The notes beneath the pieces were generated by a model. That model was not told where the DNA came from and searched no databases. It saw only the letters and a list, made by a program, of their open reading frames with translations. A stretch of DNA of 64,000 nt from Ruditapes philippinarum (Eukaryota): assembly GCF_026571515.1 (NCBI RefSeq), contig NW_026854747.1, positions 124,001 to 188,000 of the forward strand, written 5' to 3'. Both the position numbers and the translations under genes were made by a program. Below, piece after piece: positions 57,701 through 64,000 of this stretch (the stretch's first letter is position 1; each line of letters starts with the position of its first letter).

Positions 57701-60700
57701 CCGTGCAACCTGATCGCTGTAAGAAGGGATAGCACGCCCATGAATAACTCATCGTCAGTAGTTTCATTTTTTTGATAAATTGATCTGTATTGTTATATTT
57801 GTTGAAAAAAATAAAACATTGTCATCCACTGGTCAAGATTTAATGAATGATTGTCATATTGAACTTTCATAAAATGTTTACAGGCGTATATTGCTTTTTT
57901 CACCTGTTTATAATTAGGGTAGGTGGTCAATAGCTGACCAGAGTGGACAATGAAATAAACTTGTATGAAAAAACATAAGAACGTCCGACGCTCATCAAAT
58001 GTAATTAATTTTTCACTTTAATTCTTCACTCTGAAAGTTTAAATGTTTGTAAGTGGTCGAGGGTCAGATGAGGTGACCAAAATTGCTAGCTTTCACTTCG
58101 CAATTATATTTTGCGGTCATCATTGGTCACTATGGCATACGGTTAGAGAAGCCACGATAAGGGGTCAGCCCTTGGCCAAAGGTCGACCCCTTACTGACAG
58201 CGGCCCTTAGCTGGACCCTAAAACAACCCGAGTGGCCTCTCAGAACAAAGCATATCATATTCATTATTCAAATTAAAAATGCAAGATTGATTCTCGCTTT
58301 TTGATTCCTTCGTCTTGAACTTTATGTTTCGGGGGCAGATATAATGGATACAATAAATATAATAATTTGAACTGATATTAAGACCTTTGTGCAAATTTTG
58401 AAAATCACTGTCAATGATTGAAAGTCATTGAATATAGCTTTTGATATTTTACGCAGCTGCATGATGGTTTGAAGGCTGAGACAATACATCTTGTTGTGCT
58501 GTCTCATCTAGTGTCACTACATCATTAGTGCCAATTATATTCATATTATAAACGTTTTGTTCGGATTCAAATTTTCAACGGATGAAATTAAATACCAACT
58601 TTGGCGTCAGTAGAATTCATTTAATATGCTAAAACAAATCTGATTCTTACTTATTAGAGATAATTTTTTGTAAAAAAAATAATTAAAAAAAATGAATAGA
58701 TAAAAAATAAATAAATAAACCAAATATCTAGTAAGATGAAAGGGGATTTCGATGAAGTTTAATCAAATGTTTTATCTGAAACAGGCCGCGTTCTTGACAT
58801 TGTTAAAACATCTCATTACGATTCATTTACCACACTGTTAAGACCAATTTAATTTGTTAAAACTCTTAAAGTAACAATTATAATATCTTTCATCTCCTTT
58901 TAACAGAGTCATATTAAACAAGTTATCTTTAGCCCAGCCTCCCGTTATCTATTGCGTATCAACAAAAGCTTGTTGACACAACATAACACGTCGTTTGTCA
59001 CTTTGAGCTCTTCGTTCGCGACCCCACCTGACACCAATATTGGAAAGAATACATTAATGAACGCCCAGTAATTTAGAAGTGAAGATTCACCATACCTGTA
59101 TCTATTCAAGGGACACGCGCCGACCCGTACGCTCGCCAATAAAACTGTATCAATTCCCTATTGATAGGGGACAATAAATGTCCTAATATTTCACCATATT
59201 TCTCTCATCCGTGGAACAGAGACGAGGGAAAATAACAAGTGTGTTCAGTTAAAAATGGCCATCAACATTACAAAAGGTTCAAAAACCGAAAGCTCGTGTT
59301 TGTACAATAAATATTGTCCAGTGACGCAAAATTAATTGACATTATATGAAGGGTAGTTGTCCGAGTCATTATTAAGGTGTGAGTTGAGGAGGACTACAAG
59401 GCGAAGTTTTTTGTCTTCTTCTTTTATAAATGTTCAATAGTCTGTTATAAGTCTTTCATCACACGACGGGTGAAAGTTGCCCCCAGCTGCCCCTTACGTT
59501 ACGGCCGTTACAGAAATTATTGCCGGTACAGATTATGTTACGGAATGATATGATGTCCATCATTATTTTAATATCGCTGTCCCTCCGGACAAAAGATCAA
59601 ATAAGGAGATTGTGATGTGTTTTCTCTGACGATGAATATTTTAGAATATTACTAAAATGTTAATCAGTGTTTTCAACTTCGACCCTCGACAAACAAAGAA
59701 CACATGATCCCGAACTGGACTGATGTAATTTTATACAATGGACGTCTGTCTTTACAGACAATAGCCGAAGATAACGTGTTTTGGTTCCATATTCAATGTT
59801 TCATTTATGAATTTTATCTGAAGGCGGCCGGCATTTGGTGGGAGATATGATGTCTTGACAAAAACCAGGTGGTCACCGCTAAAATGTTATAGTGTTCTAG
59901 ATCCGTTACTTTCAAATAGCGGATATTTTCTGTGTCCTTCCTCTTTTTTCATGGACTTGACAAGGAATTTTTAATGTCTTAACATTTTAACACTTAAGGC
60001 AACATTAGAAGAAGAACAGTCTGAATGGTCTAAGACATATATATGATCGACATAATGTGGTGATAATGCCGTACTCTGTATTTTTAAAAATCAGCAATGC
60101 CGAAATCAGTCAATGCTTCATCTTCGGAAAATAAAAACTTTAACAACTGCACATTTTGCCCATTTATTACGATCACCAACGTCACGGTATTTGAACATAT
60201 TCTTTCGGCTAAAAATGAACAATACAAAAACGAGTAAAATATTATGATATCTAATAAATGTGTTTAGAATAATACATAAAATCTCGGACAAAGTGATATT
60301 AGGGACCATAATATCTTACTCTAAAACATTTTCTTACAATGAATCATTACAATAAAGGTTGAATTCTTTAGATGTATAGGAGATGCTTCAGTCCTTCGCT
60401 TTGATGTGAAATATATTCTGTATTTTCTCCCATTTATACCGGTATTGTATTACAGTTTGCATGCTAACCCACTCCCCTGCCGTACTCCAAGGATTACTGT
60501 TCTACTCGAAATGTAAAGGCACCCTGCAGGTTCGGGCCTGAGGTAACGTTTTATTGCAGTTGGTTTACGAGAATTTCTCCGTGGCTCTACAATTTGTAAT
60601 TAAACATGATAATTGATTCCTGCTTTTCACCATTTCCTTCAATTATAATGATGACCACGACTGGACAATGGGAGTGAACAATAGAAATGCAATTTCTGAG

Positions 60701-62719
60701 AGCAGTTTTTAGGTGATAAAAACTGACCACTGCTATAGAAATGTCAGTTTCGCTTTTCTGTGTCCGTCAGTCTATAATGACTACCCTGTGTTGTAAATAT
60801 TTTCAGACAATTTGTACCATAATAAAAATATCGATGAGTTTGTTGATAGGCTGTATTTCAACAATGCACCAAACTCATGAAAAAGGTTTTTTTTTTATAT
60901 ATATAATCGTGTTTTTTATTCAACCTTTTTTATTTATATTTAATGAATAATTATTCTTGCATAAAGAATGAACACTTGCAAATGTTAATTTTAATTTTTA
61001 TATTACTTATATACTGAAACATTTTATTCCGTTATCTGCAGAACAGTTGTCTGAAACTACAAAAGATTCCGACCCCTTTACACAAATATATTAATTATAA
61101 GGCTGTACAGTAACATGTAGTAATGGATAAGAACAGAACAATACCTAGCATTAAAAACAAACCCCTTCATAGTGTTGTTATATTGTACAATTATTTAATT
61201 ATCATTAAATGGTCATCAAATCTTAACCATGTAGGCTTTTTGTCTAAAATGTGCATTATATAGAAAGTCAAACAATCCAAATATCAGTATTTATAAATCG
61301 TTTTTTACTGAAAGATAAGCTGATTTTTTCCTTTACCCAAAACGGTCAGTAATCACAGAATTGTATCATCGTTTTGTATCCCTAAGATGTCATTATAATA
61401 TCAGTTAATAAGGTAATTAGTAAAGTTCATACATGTATTTCTGGCAAGTCATGAACCCAGAAATTACAAATATTGATGATCGGGGTACATGCAGAGTTTA
61501 CATTATTAAAATAGATAATAAAACTTATCTTCTACAATATTAGATTCATTAACTTCCGCTCTTCATAATTCTGACACATAAATTCCATACAGAAGGACAA
61601 ATGTACCGGTTATTTCCTTATTGGAAATAATGAGAGCAAATTAAAACGTAGCGTTGGCTTTTGTATAAATAATACCTTAAGATAAAGAAAAAAAAACCTG
61701 AGACATATAGATCATGTGATAAGGAAATAACCTAGATTTAGCCTCATTTGCTCGGGTCAGGCACTTTTAGACTGGAAAATCCTAATGTTTAGACTAAACA
61801 GTTGTTTGGTTTAGTAGTCTGAATTTCAACGACCACAGACGTCTCTCTGTAAATACCTAGCACAGTTGCAAAACGAATAACTTGGATATTTGCTAAGCAT
61901 GGACATGCGCATTGAGTGATTACGTGGTGTGAGTTACTGGTAACCTTGAAATGACCCTATGATCTCGTGCCAGATATTTTTACAAAAGATGAGATATATC
62001 ACAGAAAATCATTAATGATATTTCACCACAAATGATCGGAACCGTGCCAAAGTAAGAATGCTGCCGTGTATTTTGTTTTAAAACATTGTCTTCCATGGTG
62101 CAAAAATAATTAAAAGCCTATACATTGTTTGTAAATGTATATACTAGTATATTACTTTTTATTATGCAACATTGCGAGATTAAATAGAAAGAGGGAAACG
62201 TTCCAGCAGGCATTCTATTGAGAGAAAAATATTGTTTTCAAGTATCCTTAAATTTGTAATAAAAAGTCAAAATATATGAAACACAACGAAATACATACTG
62301 TGTCCAAAAGAAAACCAAGCCAACACAATAAGTACGATGTTAAGTTCATTTCAGAACATTCGCTTAGTTTTTTATACACATTTAAAGATTTTAATTTTTT
62401 TGTTCTCGAAACCATTATTATTTGGATTACAGAAATAGATTCCGTGTTATCCTGCAATCTTCAATAATTTTTGTATTCTCTGTTATAATAATTTCTACTT
62501 CAAAGGACTGATTTTTAAAATTTATATTATTAAGAGTATTATATGCCGAGAGCTCAAAAAATATATCGCGTACTAATACAGCTAGTCAGTTTTAAGCAGA
62601 ACTGTCTTAAATTGTTAAAAAAAATACTAAAAGTAAATCAAAACAGACAAAGAGCGATTAGTGATCACATGTCGAATTGCATGTTGCGGCTACTGTGTAG
62701 CAGGAGACACAAAAAATAT

Positions 62720-63525
62720 TAACAGGGCAAAACGCGGGCCATAACAAGCCATACAAGGGTCATAACTCAGCCAAAAATCAGTCAAGCGAAAACCGTGTAC
62801 TATAGCTACCGATCAATCAAAGTAAAGTTTCAGTAACATTTCTTAAGTGGCATAAGACAGTAGTCCAGACATATGTTAAAAATAAAGTCATTTAAGGGCC
62901 AATAGACTTGGTATTGATCATTCCTGGTAAGTTTGAATGAAATTGCACCAGTAGTTTCTGAGGAGTAGTCCAGACAAACTTCTGTGTAACTTGCAACATA
63001 AAAAACACCTTTTATTCAAGGGTTATAACTCGGCCAAACATCATTCAAGCGGAAGACTTGTGTACTATGCTCAAGTACCTGAGCTACCGATCAATCCTGT
63101 AAAGTTGTATTAGCGGTATAAGAGGAGTAGTCCGTACAAACTTTATGAACACCTTTTATATTCAAGGTCAATAATTCAAGCAAAACCAAAAAATAAAACA
63201 AAACAAAAACCGTGTATTATGCGCAAGTCCTTAAGCTACCAACCACTCATGTAAATGTTCATAAGTGGTATGAGACAAACTTTAAAACTAAAAATCATTA
63301 ATGGGACATAACTCTTGACAAAAATCACTGAACCGGAAAATGCCCCATACTTTGCACAACTAGACTTAGTACTAATCATTCATTTAAAGTTTAGGAGAAG
63401 TTTCTGAAGAGTAGCCCAGACAAAATTCTGTGTAGCTGGAAACACACAAAAAAGTATTTTTTTAATTCAGTTCAAAATCAATCAACCGAGTAACCCGTGT
63501 AATATGGACACTTACTTGAGCTACA
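62720..63525. repeat. Degenerate HINE-core-like tandem repeats
   Basis: Recurring AAGGG.CATAACTC.GCCAAA, GAGCTACCGATCAATC and GGAGTAGTCCAGACAAA motifs. Confidence 0.55.
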
Positions 63526-63691
63526 GATATAAACAGTTTAAAAAAATGGATTATTGCCATAAGAATTGCTGATAAGAAATGCAAACACACTCTGTGGAAA
63601 AAGGTTATTTTGGGACTACCCTAAGCCCCACAGTTTGTAACATTTTGTTTCAGTAATATCTTCCTCTGAAAACCTATTGACACTATGCATA

Positions 63692-63890
63692 TGAGCCGTG
63701 CCACGACAAAACCAACATAATGGGTTTGCGACCAGCATGGATCCAGACCAGCCTGCGCATCCGCGCAGTCTGATCATGATCCATGCTGTTCGCTTACCAA
63801 CCCTGTTACAAGTAGAGAAACTGATAGCGAACAGCATGGATGCTGATCAGACTGCGCGGATGCATGTTGATTTTGTCGTGACGCGGCTCA
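63692..63890. mobile_element. Palindromic MITE family A, copy 5 (right arm partly deleted)
   Basis: TGAGCCGTGCCACGACAAAACCAAC ... GTCGTGACGCGGCTCA. Confidence 0.9.
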
Positions 63891-64000
63891 TATGGTAATA
63901 CCGCAGATGTTGCATTCTCTGGTGGTACTATAAGTGTAGATAAAGCTCACCATGTCTGCTTAAATGTCGCCGTAATAAATATCCATATAACACACACTGA

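Overview
AT-rich animal genomic DNA, probably from a bivalve mollusc (inferred from the repeat families), with two multi-exon genes arranged head to head. The first is xanthine dehydrogenase (XDH) on the minus strand: ATG at 33376, 26 coding exons traced to position 579, about 1052 codons, continuing off the left edge. It contains a U12-type intron 2 and an apparent 1-nt frameshift in exon 10. The second is a complete ZnT6/SLC30A6 zinc-transporter-family gene on the plus strand (33825-51702, 13 exons, 462 aa) with an unusual His-rich C-terminal tail. The introns carry many non-autonomous DNA transposons (piggyBac-, Kolobok-, Harbinger-, Mutator-, Crypton- and Helentron/HINE-like), tRNA-derived SINEs, a LINE 3' fragment and minisatellites. 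Two patterns stand out. (a) All four intragenic copies of a ~237-bp palindromic MITE end 15-32 nt upstream of a 3' splice site, and the terminus resembles a branch point. (b) About nine exon-intron junctions have been locally tandem-duplicated into the neighbouring intron, including a 17 x 29-bp array of CAG|GTAA. No gene could be confidently called in 52-64 kb. Coordinates and translations were read by hand, and repeat boundaries are approximate.
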